IMG/VR virus record: IMGVR_UViG_3300042400_000444
Reading direction: 5' to 3' (one strand)
From: a virus
Lineage: Duplodnaviria > Heunggongvirae > Uroviricota > Caudoviricetes
DNA length: 64,000 bases
The position numbers were made by a program, and so were the translations under genes. Within the stretch, counting starts at the first letter, position 1; each line of letters begins with the position of its first letter. This document shows, in pieces, positions 19,593 to 29,531 of the stretch. Under the pieces are notes generated by a model that did not search any database, had not been told where the DNA came from, and saw nothing but the letters and a program-made list of their open reading frames with translations.

Positions 19593-20384
19593 CTATAATA
19601 ACTTAGCTAATTTCTTACGTAATTTAGATTCTTGTATGGCTGTTATATGTGCTTCTGACTTTGGTTTACGCATCTTTTGTTTTGTTTCTTCTGACTTTGG
19701 TTTACGCATCTTTTGTTTTGTTTCTTCTGACATAGCACCTTTACTAACTCCTTTATTTGCTAAACTTAATTTAGCCTTATGCTCTGTGGATTTTGCAGTT
19801 ATTCCTTTACCACTACGATTAGCTGATATTTTAGTTGCAATAACTAATTTTTCTTCTAAAGTTTTTTCCTTTCTGTTAAGTTGTGCAATACGCATACGTT
19901 CTTTCTGTTCGAGTGTTCTTTTTTTACCTGTACAAGATGCACTGCGTTTATCTATAGTTTCTTGAGATTGTATTCTTCCTTTTCCTGCTGCAGATATTTT
20001 AGCTTTTTGTTCTGTAGACATGGTGCGACCTGTAAGTCGAGCAGAATGTATTTTACTAAATTCTTCTTTAAGATTGGCAAATACACGACTGGTAATTTTA
20101 GTAATATATCGTTCTTGTTGATGAGTGCGTGATACACGTCGCATACCATTTAATGCATATATCATTTTTTCACGATTGCTACCTGTTGTTATTTTAATTA
20201 ACAACCAATGACATATAAAATGCTCGCGCCCTGACAAATGAACAAGATTATTCTTGCTATCTTGTCCTCCGATTGATTTTGGTATGATGTGATGCTTTTC
20301 ACTGTAAGAAAGCGGTGTTGATCTCAATTGTGCATTACTGACAATTGCATCATACCACCGCTTGTATTTGTTTTCAATAAACAT
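19593..20384 (-). mobile_element. HNH homing endonuclease with NUMOD3 repeats
   Basis: NKYKRWY...EKHHIIPKSIGGQDSKNNLVHLSGREHFICHWLL, followed by MSTEQKAKISAA / SEETKQKM NUMOD3-like motifs; late box at 20403-20409 and AGGAG RBS. Confidence 0.85.
19653..19730. repeat. Perfect 36-nt tandem duplication (2 copies plus 6 nt)
   Basis: ttctgactttggtttacgcatcttttgttttgtttc at 19653-19688 and 19689-19724; encodes SEETKQKMRKPK twice. Confidence 0.9.
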
Positions 20385-20442
20385 ATAAATCTCCTATATG
20401 TTTATTTATCTGCTTTACTTAAAAATGTGGATTACTTATGTT

Positions 20443-20661
20443 TTAGAAAAACGGGAGGCCACTTTTTTGTGTTGTTTCCATATTATCTTTAATAATCTTA
20501 TTAATAATCTCTCTATCAATAATCCCTAGCATCATAGCATCGTCGTACGATAATGCACCTCGCATATACCAACATAATCTAAGTGCTTCGTCTTTAAAGG
20601 CTTTTGCGCCATTTTCCATCCTATCTAACTCAGCTTCGATTTCCTCGTTAGATAGGGCCAA
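20443..20661 (-). CDS. Small baseplate/tail assembly chaperone segment (gp51/GT-like), probably the -1 frameshift extension of the upstream gene
   Basis: Only a TTG start with no RBS; its frame is open back through the slippery site at 20673-20679; LCWYMRGALSYDDAMML motif. Confidence 0.6.
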   Translation of the reverse strand: MALSNEEIEAELDRMENGAKAFKDEALRLCWYMRGALSYDDAMMLGIIDREIINKIIKDNMETTQKSGLPFF

Positions 20662-20666
20662 AAGCC

Positions 20667-21512
20667 TTAGGCGAAAAAACTTGATTGATTAAACTCCACT
20701 TTAACTTTGTATTTCTTGTGGCATTCTGAACAAACTAATTCAACTGGTTCCATTGCGTTAGCAACTACAGTAGATTCAATTAATGCTTTAACTGATTCAT
20801 AAGTTTTTCTGTCAGTATTATTAAGAAAGTCTTGTATTAACATAGATTCTTCAACAACAGTACCTGTTTCAGTGGTGATAGATTGAATACACGAAACTAA
20901 TGTATTAATATTTAAATCGGCTAGTTTGTCAAACGATTCTTGGAATCTTGCTTTTTTATCTTCTTCGCTTAACTCGCTATTGGAAATAACATTCATTAAT
21001 TTTTGCTGTTCGAAGGATATTAATCCTATTCTATTTAAATCGTTGTATGTCTGTGGTTTAAGTTTGAATAGTAAACCATTTAACACATTTGATTCATTGT
21101 ATTGTTTCAATGGAGCTAAGTTATCTAGTACATTACGTAAATCAATAGTGTGTTCGTTATCTTCTCCACAATGAGTACATGTACTATTCATATCCATGCC
21201 TGAACCATAGCTAGCTAATCTAATAGCAATTAGTATAGAATCTAAATCAACTAATGGTATGCTCCAAGGGTCTCTAATAGATGGGCAGCAGCTAGCAATC
21301 ATATCACGCATACCAGCACCGTTCATTAAAGCATCTGGTGTCTTTAATAAAATTTCATCTTTAATAGTCATTGGATAAACGGGTATCTCACCAGTTAAGG
21401 ATATATCCAACGTTCCTTGAGGATAAAACTTACCACCACTAGGCAATTTCAAATAGATTGCTGGCTGTCTGAAATGATTAGCTAAAGGGTTGTTTGCAAT
21501 TGAATTACTCAT
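20667..21512 (-). CDS. gp26: Baseplate hub assembly/tail assembly chaperone, T4 gp26-like
   Basis: FRQPAIYLKLPSGGKFYP...PMTIKDEILLKTPDALMNG...DLDSILIAIRLASYG, with CxxC pairs (CTHC, CSEC); divergent from the tape measure gene. Confidence 0.7.
   Translation of the reverse strand: MSNSIANNPLANHFRQPAIYLKLPSGGKFYPQGTLDISLTGEIPVYPMTIKDEILLKTPDALMNGAGMRDMIASCCPSIRDPWSIPLVDLDSILIAIRLASYGSGMDMNSTCTHCGEDNEHTIDLRNVLDNLAPLKQYNESNVLNGLLFKLKPQTYNDLNRIGLISFEQQKLMNVISNSELSEEDKKARFQESFDKLADLNINTLVSCIQSITTETGTVVEESMLIQDFLNNTDRKTYESVKALIESTVVANAMEPVELVCSECHKKYKVKVEFNQSSFFA
20673..20679 (-). promoter_or_regulatory. -1 ribosomal frameshift slippery heptamer T TTT TTC
   Basis: AGT TTT TTC GCC TAA ends the gp26-like ORF. 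The heptamer is in the canonical X XXY YYZ phase, and the -1 frame reads CGC CTA AGG CTT TTG GCC into the 72-aa ORF. Confidence 0.7.
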
Positions 21513-21572
21513 ACGATTTTGAACTCCATAAATATACTATGTATTACTCTATATTTATTTGGAACAATAGCC

Positions 21573-24116
21573 ATGGCAATTAAAATCGAGATACCCGGAG
21601 TCGGGGAAGTTAGCGTAGAAGGTGCTGCACAAGAAGATACGATGCAGGCTATTCTTGCGGCTGTTAGTAAATCTGACAAAAGCAAGCAGGCAGAAGAGAA
21701 AAAACTTAAAAAAGCCAACGAAGATGCTGCAAAAGCTATGTCTAAGGTAAAGACAGGACTCGAAGACCTTGAAGACGAATTAGCCAGTGCCGCAGACGAA
21801 GCAAAAAGTTCATCGGGTAGAGGAGCTAAAGCAGTTGATGAATTAGCAGATGCTAGTAAACAAACTGTAAAAAATCTAGGTGGATTTGCCGCAACCTTGG
21901 CGTTAACTGCCACTAGTGTTGCGGTAGGCTTTGCTAAAAACTTTAATGAAAATGCCGCTAACCCAATTGCAGTTGGCGCTGCATTAATAAACACTGGTAT
22001 TGATTTATTAGGTGCTGGATTAAAGATTGGAGTTGAAGCAGTATCTGCATTTGGTGGGGCATTAGTTGGAGCTATTCCGTTAATCGGTGGTGGGTTGCAA
22101 CGTGGTGTCGATGGAATGGCAGCGGTTTCAAAGGAAATTATTGATCTTGGTACTACTGTATTAAAAGCTGGTAATGACATAATGTCAGCCGAATTCCAGA
22201 TGACTACCAAAGTTATGGCAGATATGGCTAAATCTGGAGCAAGTTTTGCTAACGGTATGACTGAAATGCGACAAATTGCAAACGAAAGTGGAATTGGTAT
22301 CGAACAATTTAGCAAAGTTATTGCTAATAGTCGCGATTCTATTACAGGCATGGGATTAAGTGCTACCGAAGCAACATACAGATTAAGCAAAGGAATGGGT
22401 GCGCTAACCACTACCATTGGTAAAAGTGGAAACAATTTACGTGGTGAAATGCTAGCCTTGGGGTACAGTTATACAGAACAAGGTGAAATAATGGCATCGT
22501 ATGCTGCACAGCAACGTGCAGCAGGTCGTTTAAAAAATATGACAGATACTGAATTAGCACAAGGAACTGCTCAATATGCTAAAGATTTAAAAGTACTTGC
22601 TGATATCACTGGTAAAGATGCTAAGAAAGCAATGGAAGATGCTAATAAGGTGGCATTAGAAGCAGATATTATGGGGCAGTTAAAACCAGAAGAAAAAGAA
22701 AAATTTATAAAAGCGTATGCATCTATGCCCGACTATGCTAAAAAAGGATTCTTGCAATATGTTTCATCTGGTGGACAAGCAATATCCGATGCTACAACTA
22801 ATGTATTAATGGTGCAGAATTCCAAAGTTGAAGATTTAATTAAAGGTACGTTTAATGGTATAAAAGATGCAAGTAAAACGTCCACGCAAGTACAAAATGA
22901 AACGTTAAAAAGAGCTAGTGAAGCAGGAGTAGCACAACGAGCATTAAGTGATGCACAAGGTAGCGCAATAGTACATGCACAACGAATGGGTGCCGTAACC
23001 GGTGGTTGGGCTGATGCAATAAATCAAGTAGCCGCTTCTGCACTATATAATGCTGATGCAGTTGATGCATCATCGGCTGCAGCAACAGCTAATGCCGAAA
23101 CACGCGATCCAGTTACAGCTGGATTTGTAAAAGCAACTGATGCAGTTGTTGCTTTTCAAGCACAAATGGCAAACTTAGCAACTGAGTTAATGCCAGAGTA
23201 TGCAACGATGATAGGTAAAACAACAGAAGAAACAGCAAAACTAGTAACAACAGCAATGGATTTTGCATCAGGAAAAATAACGCGAGAAGAATTTGCTAAA
23301 AGGTTAACATCTAACACCGAAGGGAAGAAAACAAAAATAGATATTCTTAAAGAGCAACGTGAAACAGCTGAAGATGCTCTTAAAGAATCGCAAGCTAAAC
23401 TGCCGAATAAAGCCAATCGAATAGCGAGTCGCGGATTTGGTTGGGATGCTAGCACAGAGAATTCTATAGCAGATTCATCAGCAGGACCCGAAGTTCAAAA
23501 AGAAATTGCAGAACGTAAAGCTGCTTTACAAAAAGCAAGAGAAATGGAAGATAAAGTAAGAGAAGCCAACGTCGCATATAAACATGGATTGCAAGATGTA
23601 CTTGATGGCTTGCGAAAACATGCAACAGCAGAAGAGAAACAAGCTGCTACTTTAGAATTTAATCGAAAATTCATCGAAAAATCACAAGCAGAAGATCCAA
23701 CTGGCAAAGCAAACATGCTCGATACTAAAACTTACATGCCGGTGAATATCAAAGGAACTGCTGAATATTTTAAATTGCCCACTGAGCCAACTCCAGTTAA
23801 CTCAACTCCAGGAACAAAAGTTCCAGCTAACTCAACTCCAGCTGAGCCAGCTCCAACAACAGGAGTACCGACTGCAAAAGAAACAGGTCAAGCAAAAGGC
23901 GGCGTTTCGGTTGGACCAACATCAGGATATCACGAATTATTGCACGGTACCGAAGCAGTTGTGCCGTTGCCGGATAACAAATCAATTCCAGTTAAACTAG
24001 ATAGTAGCTCGTTAAATGCTACATTGCATGAACATACTGGAATTTTAAATAATATACTTGCATCATTGAATAAAGGCAATAGCCTGTCGTCAGGAATTTT
24101 GCAGAACAGCTACTAA
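21573..24116 (+). CDS. Tape measure protein-like (probable start 21573, 847 aa)
   Basis: Long Ala/Lys/Glu-rich helical protein divergent from the chaperone gene, with a C-terminal AKGG...GYHELLHGTEAVVPLP motif. The track's 21519 start overlaps the promoter region, so MAIKIEIPG is preferred. Confidence 0.7.
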   Translation: MAIKIEIPGVGEVSVEGAAQEDTMQAILAAVSKSDKSKQAEEKKLKKANEDAAKAMSKVKTGLEDLEDELASAADEAKSSSGRGAKAVDELADASKQTVKNLGGFAATLALTATSVAVGFAKNFNENAANPIAVGAALINTGIDLLGAGLKIGVEAVSAFGGALVGAIPLIGGGLQRGVDGMAAVSKEIIDLGTTVLKAGNDIMSAEFQMTTKVMADMAKSGASFANGMTEMRQIANESGIGIEQFSKVIANSRDSITGMGLSATEATYRLSKGMGALTTTIGKSGNNLRGEMLALGYSYTEQGEIMASYAAQQRAAGRLKNMTDTELAQGTAQYAKDLKVLADITGKDAKKAMEDANKVALEADIMGQLKPEEKEKFIKAYASMPDYAKKGFLQYVSSGGQAISDATTNVLMVQNSKVEDLIKGTFNGIKDASKTSTQVQNETLKRASEAGVAQRALSDAQGSAIVHAQRMGAVTGGWADAINQVAASALYNADAVDASSAAATANAETRDPVTAGFVKATDAVVAFQAQMANLATELMPEYATMIGKTTEETAKLVTTAMDFASGKITREEFAKRLTSNTEGKKTKIDILKEQRETAEDALKESQAKLPNKANRIASRGFGWDASTENSIADSSAGPEVQKEIAERKAALQKAREMEDKVREANVAYKHGLQDVLDGLRKHATAEEKQAATLEFNRKFIEKSQAEDPTGKANMLDTKTYMPVNIKGTAEYFKLPTEPTPVNSTPGTKVPANSTPAEPAPTTGVPTAKETGQAKGGVSVGPTSGYHELLHGTEAVVPLPDNKSIPVKLDSSSLNATLHEHTGILNNILASLNKGNSLSSGILQNSY

Positions 24117-24150
24117 GCTATAAATACACTATCGTAAAGAGAATATAACT

Positions 24151-24801
24151 ATGTCTGACCAAATGGTAATGAATATTTGTAGTATATCAAAAAACAACAA
24201 GTATACTAAATGGTATACTAATATTATTGTAAATGCCACAAATAGAACTACCTTATTAGAAAAGTTTGAAGTACATCACATAGTTCCAAGATCATTAGGT
24301 GGTACAAATCACATTGATAATTTAGTTAAGCTAACAGTTAGAGAACATGTAATTTGCCATATATTATTGTGTAAAATGTTAGTAGGACAGCAAAAATATA
24401 AAATGTTACATGCTGTTAATATCATGTGTAATAAAAATGTTCGAGTCAATTCGCGGATAGTTGAAGGATTGCGCCAAGAACGAAAACAATCGTTATCGGG
24501 TGCAGGAAATCCAAATTTTGGTAAAACATGGGACGCTGAAACTAAACAAAAAATTGGAACAGCAATGAGAGGAAAAACTCATACAGCTAATACACGAGTA
24601 TTAATGTCACAAAAGCAACATGGTGAGAATAATCCGATGTTTGGTAAAAAGCAAGAAGTTAAGTCTGTTGAATTAATGTCGATTAAACAACAAGCTAATC
24701 GAAAATTAAAAATTAAATGTGCTACTTGTAATAAAGAAGTAGATAAACAAAACTATGCAAGATGGCATGGTATTAAGTGCAATAACACAGAAAAGGAATA
24801 A
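24151..24801 (+). mobile_element. HNH homing endonuclease with NUMOD3 repeats, upstream of the portal gene
   Basis: NKYTKWY...EVHHIVPRSLGGTNHIDNLVKLTVREHVICHILL; GNPNFGK, GKTHT and NNPMFGK motifs; TATAAATA at 24119-24126. Confidence 0.85.
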
Positions 24802-24804
24802 GAC

Positions 24805-26520
24805 ATGGGCTGGAAAAAACATTTTCGAACTGCAAACACTGGCGGGCATCTAAGTCCAATTAGTGGAATTAACAATGCATCTGACCCGAGTTATCGTAAC
24901 TATCAAAGCCAATTACCTGAGGTATACATCGGCCACCCAAATCGCACAGAACGTTATAATCAATATGAATCCATGGATATGGACAGTGAAGTTAATGCCG
25001 CCCTTGATATTATTGCAGAATTCTGTACACAACCAAACACAGAAAATGGTACAGGCTTTGACTTGTACTTCAAAGAAGATCCGACAGACAACGAAATTAA
25101 GTTACTTAAAGATCAGTTACTACAATGGGTTAATCTAAATCAATTAAACAAACGTCTATTCAAACTTGTTCGTAATACATTAAAGTATGGCGATCAAGTA
25201 TTTCTACGTGACCCGGAAACATTCAAATTATACTGGACAGAAATGGGCAGTGTAATCAAAGTTATTGTTAATGAAGCAGAAGGCAAAGAGCCAGAGCAAT
25301 ATGTAATTAAAAATCTTAATCTTAACTTTCAAAACTTAACTGCAACAGCATTGAGTTCAAGTGACACCTACACAAACCACCCACAACAAGGTGGTTCAGG
25401 CGGAGCCGGATCTTATGTACAACCTAATGTACCTTACAGTGGCGGAAGTCGTTTTAGTCATGCTCAAAACGAAGCAGTATTAGATGCAGAACATGTAGTG
25501 CATATCAGTCTGACAGAAGGCCTAGATGTTAACTGGCCATTTGGTACTAGTATACTTGAAAGCATATTTAAAATCTTTAAACAAAAAGAACTGTTAGAAG
25601 ATGCTATCATTATCTACCGTGTGCAACGTGCACCGGAACGTCGCGTATTTAAAATTGACGTAGGTAATATGCCCACACACATGGCTATGGCGTTTGTAGA
25701 CAGAATTAAAAATGAAGTACATCAACGTCGTATACCAACACAAACTGGTGGTGGGTCAAATATGATGGATGCAACGTATAATCCATTATCAACAAACGAA
25801 GACTTTTTCTTCCCCGTAGGTGCAGAAGGGCGTGGGTCAGAAGTTACAACGTTAGCTGGTGGTAGCAACTTAGGTGAGATTACAGACTTACGTTTCTTTA
25901 CTAACAAAATGTTTAGAGGCTTGCGTATTCCTAGTAGCTATTTGCCAACTGGCAGTGATGATAGTCAGTCGACATTCAATGATGGTAATGCAACCACTGC
26001 GTTAATTCAAGAATGGCGCTTTAATCAATACTGTATACGTTTACAAACTATGATAGTTGAAAAACTAGATACTGAGTTTAAAATGTTTATGCGCTGGAGA
26101 GGTATTAACATTGATGGACAGCTATTTGAACTAAGACTAAACGAACCACAAAACTTTGCAAAATATCGTCAAGCAGAAGTCGATGCGGCACGTATTACTG
26201 CATTTACGCAACTTGAAGCAGTTCCGTATCTAAGCAAACGCTTTTTACTTACTAGATACTTAGATTTAAGTGAAGAAGAAATGCAACGTAATGATGAATT
26301 ATGGGCAGAAGAACATAACGAAAAACCAGATACAGCAGATACAGATGCAAGTCTACGTGCAGTTGGTGTAACACCGGCTGGTATCGAAACAGACATGGGC
26401 AATTTAGAAATGCCCGATTTAGGTGCAGAAACAGCCCCAGGAGTAGAACCGGGCGGATTACCTGCAACAGGAGCAGCACCAGCAGTACCGCCATCGGCAC
26501 CACCAGCTCCTGGTTTGTAA
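24805..26520 (+). CDS. gp20: Portal protein, T4 gp20-like
   Basis: YESMDMDSEVNAALDIIAE, KQKELLEDAIIIYRVQRAPERRVFKIDVGNMP, EDFFFP...GRGSEVTTLAGG, FTNKMFRGLRIPSS. Confidence 0.95.
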   Translation: MGWKKHFRTANTGGHLSPISGINNASDPSYRNYQSQLPEVYIGHPNRTERYNQYESMDMDSEVNAALDIIAEFCTQPNTENGTGFDLYFKEDPTDNEIKLLKDQLLQWVNLNQLNKRLFKLVRNTLKYGDQVFLRDPETFKLYWTEMGSVIKVIVNEAEGKEPEQYVIKNLNLNFQNLTATALSSSDTYTNHPQQGGSGGAGSYVQPNVPYSGGSRFSHAQNEAVLDAEHVVHISLTEGLDVNWPFGTSILESIFKIFKQKELLEDAIIIYRVQRAPERRVFKIDVGNMPTHMAMAFVDRIKNEVHQRRIPTQTGGGSNMMDATYNPLSTNEDFFFPVGAEGRGSEVTTLAGGSNLGEITDLRFFTNKMFRGLRIPSSYLPTGSDDSQSTFNDGNATTALIQEWRFNQYCIRLQTMIVEKLDTEFKMFMRWRGINIDGQLFELRLNEPQNFAKYRQAEVDAARITAFTQLEAVPYLSKRFLLTRYLDLSEEEMQRNDELWAEEHNEKPDTADTDASLRAVGVTPAGIETDMGNLEMPDLGAETAPGVEPGGLPATGAAPAVPPSAPPAPGL

Positions 26521-26540
26521 CATAGTAGATAAATAATATT

Positions 26541-26765
26541 ATGTATATAACCGAAATTTTTAATTCTGAATTAGTGCAACAGCATCAAACCGAAGAGGAT
26601 GATAACACTCCTTTAAAGTTGTCTGATCTGCGTAAAACTAAACTAACATTAACACAATTACATCGTTTACGTATTATGAATGACGTGCGTAGATTAGAGA
26701 AAGAACAAGACTTAGAAAAAGTAAGAACGCAGTACAAACCAGCAGAAGTCGCACCTCCGATGTAG
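26541..26765 (+). CDS. Small hypothetical protein in the head module
   Basis: 74-aa ORF between portal and prohead core; ATAAATA at 26529-26535 directly upstream. Confidence 0.7.
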   Translation: MYITEIFNSELVQQHQTEEDDNTPLKLSDLRKTKLTLTQLHRLRIMNDVRRLEKEQDLEKVRTQYKPAEVAPPM

Positions 26766-26890
26766 TTATCAACAAGAATCAATCAAAAAACACGCATTTA
26801 ACTTCAATTTTTCAATAAACCAGTAAATAATATTACAGAGATATTACGAAACGTAAATCTCACCTAGACAGACAATTTAAGGAGTTCTTT

Positions 26891-27736
26891 ATGAACAAGT
26901 ATGAACAGTTAATTGAACACATCATTAATGATGATACAGCTAAGGCTCGCGAATTATTCCACAACATCGTTGTTGAAAAATCACGTGACATTTATGAAAG
27001 CCTAATCGACGAAACAGATTTAGACGAAGTTGGCGGAAACAAAGTACAAGGTTTTATAGATGAAGTTAATCTTGACGAACAAGGCATTAGTGAAGAAGAT
27101 GAAGAAGCTGGCGAATTTGAACTTGGCGGCGAAGAAGAAGGCGAAAGCGACTTTGACGGCGGCGAAGAATTTGGTGGTGAAGAAGAATTTGGTGGTGAAG
27201 AACAAGGCGAAGCAGAAATCGAAGATCGCGTAGTTGATCTTGAGTCTGCACTTGATGAATTAAAAGCAGAATTTGATGCATTAATGGCCGGCGAAGAAGG
27301 CGAAGCAGAACACGCTGATATGTTTGGCGGTGATGACGAAGCTGGTGATGATTTCGGCGGCGAACAAGAGTTTGGTGCAGATGACGAAGCTGGTGAATTT
27401 GATGAAACTATTGTACGTGAATACGTAGAAAAAGTTGCAGCACCTAGCAAAACTGAAGGTGGCGAAGTTGCTCGTGGCGGTTCTGTTAGTGTAAACAAAC
27501 AATCTATCGTTGCTAAGAAAAATGATATGGGTGGTACATCAGCTAATATCGTACGTGGTGGAACAGAAAACGGCGGAAACGTTAAAAAACCAACAGTAAA
27601 CAATGCAGGTAACATTAATGTTCCAGGCGGTAAAGCTGGTTCAGCATTTAAAGGCAAAGCAGCTCCAAAAGCAGGCGAAGGCCAAACAACTGACGGTAAA
27701 GTGCCAGTTGCAACTAAAAGCCCATTAGCACGTTAA
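26891..27736 (+). CDS. Acidic prohead core protein (gp67/gp68 position)
   Basis: Very Glu/Asp/Gly-rich middle (EEFGGEEEFGGEEQG); located between portal and protease; AAGGAG RBS; many (I/L/V)xE sites. Confidence 0.65.
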   Translation: MNKYEQLIEHIINDDTAKARELFHNIVVEKSRDIYESLIDETDLDEVGGNKVQGFIDEVNLDEQGISEEDEEAGEFELGGEEEGESDFDGGEEFGGEEEFGGEEQGEAEIEDRVVDLESALDELKAEFDALMAGEEGEAEHADMFGGDDEAGDDFGGEQEFGADDEAGEFDETIVREYVEKVAAPSKTEGGEVARGGSVSVNKQSIVAKKNDMGGTSANIVRGGTENGGNVKKPTVNNAGNINVPGGKAGSAFKGKAAPKAGEGQTTDGKVPVATKSPLAR

Positions 27737-27750
27737 TTTAGGATACGAAA

Positions 27751-28392
27751 ATGGCTTCATACTTAAAAGAAAACTTAACCTTTGACAATGCTAGAATGGA
27801 AATTCTAACAGAAGATAGTCATGACGGTAAAGGTAAGAATCTTTATATGAAAGGCATATTCATTCAAGGTGGCGTAAAGAACCACAACGAACGAGTGTAT
27901 CCAGTAAATGAAATTAGCAATGCCGTAACAAACATTAATGAACAAATCAAGGGTGGCTACAGCGTTTTAGGCGAAGTAGATCACCCAGATGATTTGAAAA
28001 TTAATCTAGACCGTGTAAGTCACATGATTACAGATATGTGGATGGATGGTCCTAACGGCTTTGGTAAATTAAAGGTTCTCCCTACTCCAATGGGTAAGTT
28101 AGTAGAAACAATGTTGGAAAGTGGAGTTAAACTTGGTGTTAGTTCTAGAGGTAGCGGCAACGTTAGCGAAAGTAACGGTCAAGTGAGTGACTTTGAAATA
28201 GTCACAGTAGATGTAGTTGCGCAACCTAGTGCTCCTAATGCATACCCGACAGCGATTTATGAAGGACTGTTGAATATGCGTGGTGGACATAAAGTATTCG
28301 AAATGGCAAAAGAAGCCAGCGCAGATCAAAAGGTACAAAAATATTTAAAAGAGCAAGTTACTCGCTTGATTAAAGATTTAAAATTAAAATAG
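27751..28392 (+). CDS. gp21: Prohead protease, T4 gp21-like
   Basis: GIFIQGGVKNHNERVYP, LGEVDHP (catalytic His), RVSHMI, GVSSRGSG (catalytic Ser), VDVVAQPSAPNAY. Confidence 0.95.
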   Translation: MASYLKENLTFDNARMEILTEDSHDGKGKNLYMKGIFIQGGVKNHNERVYPVNEISNAVTNINEQIKGGYSVLGEVDHPDDLKINLDRVSHMITDMWMDGPNGFGKLKVLPTPMGKLVETMLESGVKLGVSSRGSGNVSESNGQVSDFEIVTVDVVAQPSAPNAYPTAIYEGLLNMRGGHKVFEMAKEASADQKVQKYLKEQVTRLIKDLKLK

Positions 28393-28401
28393 GAGATCAG
28401 T

Positions 28402-29502
28402 ATGTTAACAGCTATCAAGCCATTGTTAGATAGTGGCATCATTAACGAAGATACTCAAGCAGCTATTACTGAAGCTTGGGAATCACAAATTAATGAGGCT
28501 CGTGAACAAGTTCGTGCAGAATTGCGCGAAGAATTCGCTGGCCGCTACGAACATGACAAACAAGTTATGGTTGAAGCTCTAGACAAAATGGTTACTGAAA
28601 GTCTTACTGCCGAACTTAATGAGTTCGCCAATGAGAAACAAGCTCTTGCAGAAGACCGCGTGAAATTTAAACGTCACATGGTTGAAAGCGCCAGCAAATT
28701 TAATAACTTTTTAGTTAATAAATTAGCTGAAGAAATCAAAGAATTACGCACAGATCGCAAAGTTCAAAACGAAGCAACTGCTAAGTTAGAAAAATTTGTT
28801 ATCAAAGCGTTAGCTGAAGAAATCAAAGAGTTCGATGCTGACAAGAAAGCAGTTGTTGAAACTAAAGTTAAACTAGTAGCAGAAGCTAAACAAAAATTAG
28901 CTAAACTACAAGAAGCTTTTGTTACACGTTCAGCTAAACTTGTTAAAGAATCAGTAGCACAAAATCTAGGCACAGAACTGACACAACTAAAAGAAGATAT
29001 CCAATCTGCTCGTGAGAACATGTTTGGTCGTCGCTTATTCGAAGCATTTGCTAGCGAATTCTCAGTAACTCATTTAAATGAGAACAAAGAAATTGCTAAA
29101 TTGCATCAAACTATTTCAGCAGTTAAAGCTGATTTAGCTGAAAGCAAAAAAGTAATTGCACACAAACAAGCATTAGTTGAGTCAAAAGACCGTGAAGTAA
29201 GAGTAATTTCTGAAAGTGCTGTCCGTAAAGACACACTTAATGGTTTACTAAAAACGTTAAATAAAGAGAAAGCAAGCGTAATGGCTAGTTTACTCGAAGG
29301 TGTGCAAACAGCAAAATTGCAATCTGCATACGACAAGTATCTACCAGCAGTTTTAAACAACTCACAAGCACCAGTAAAGGCTGAAAAGTCTGTACTAGCT
29401 GAAAGTCGTGTAGAAGTAACTGGTGATAAATCTGCTAAAACAACTATTACAGAAACCAACAACAACGTTGTTGAACTGAAACGTTTAGCAGGGCTAAAGT
29501 AA
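28402..29502 (+). CDS. gp22: Prohead scaffold protein, gp22-like
   Basis: Coiled-coil Glu/Lys/Ala-rich 366-aa protein between protease and capsid genes; ends ELKRLAGLK. Confidence 0.8.
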   Translation: MLTAIKPLLDSGIINEDTQAAITEAWESQINEAREQVRAELREEFAGRYEHDKQVMVEALDKMVTESLTAELNEFANEKQALAEDRVKFKRHMVESASKFNNFLVNKLAEEIKELRTDRKVQNEATAKLEKFVIKALAEEIKEFDADKKAVVETKVKLVAEAKQKLAKLQEAFVTRSAKLVKESVAQNLGTELTQLKEDIQSARENMFGRRLFEAFASEFSVTHLNENKEIAKLHQTISAVKADLAESKKVIAHKQALVESKDREVRVISESAVRKDTLNGLLKTLNKEKASVMASLLEGVQTAKLQSAYDKYLPAVLNNSQAPVKAEKSVLAESRVEVTGDKSAKTTITETNNNVVELKRLAGLK

Positions 29503-29531
29503 TACAAACTTAAAAAAGGAAAATAAAGAAA

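Noticed and set aside
21509-22435. 308-aa minus-strand ORF, and 221-aa ORF at 26992-27657
   Set aside because: Antisense to the tape measure and prohead core genes respectively; mirror composition and no translation signals.
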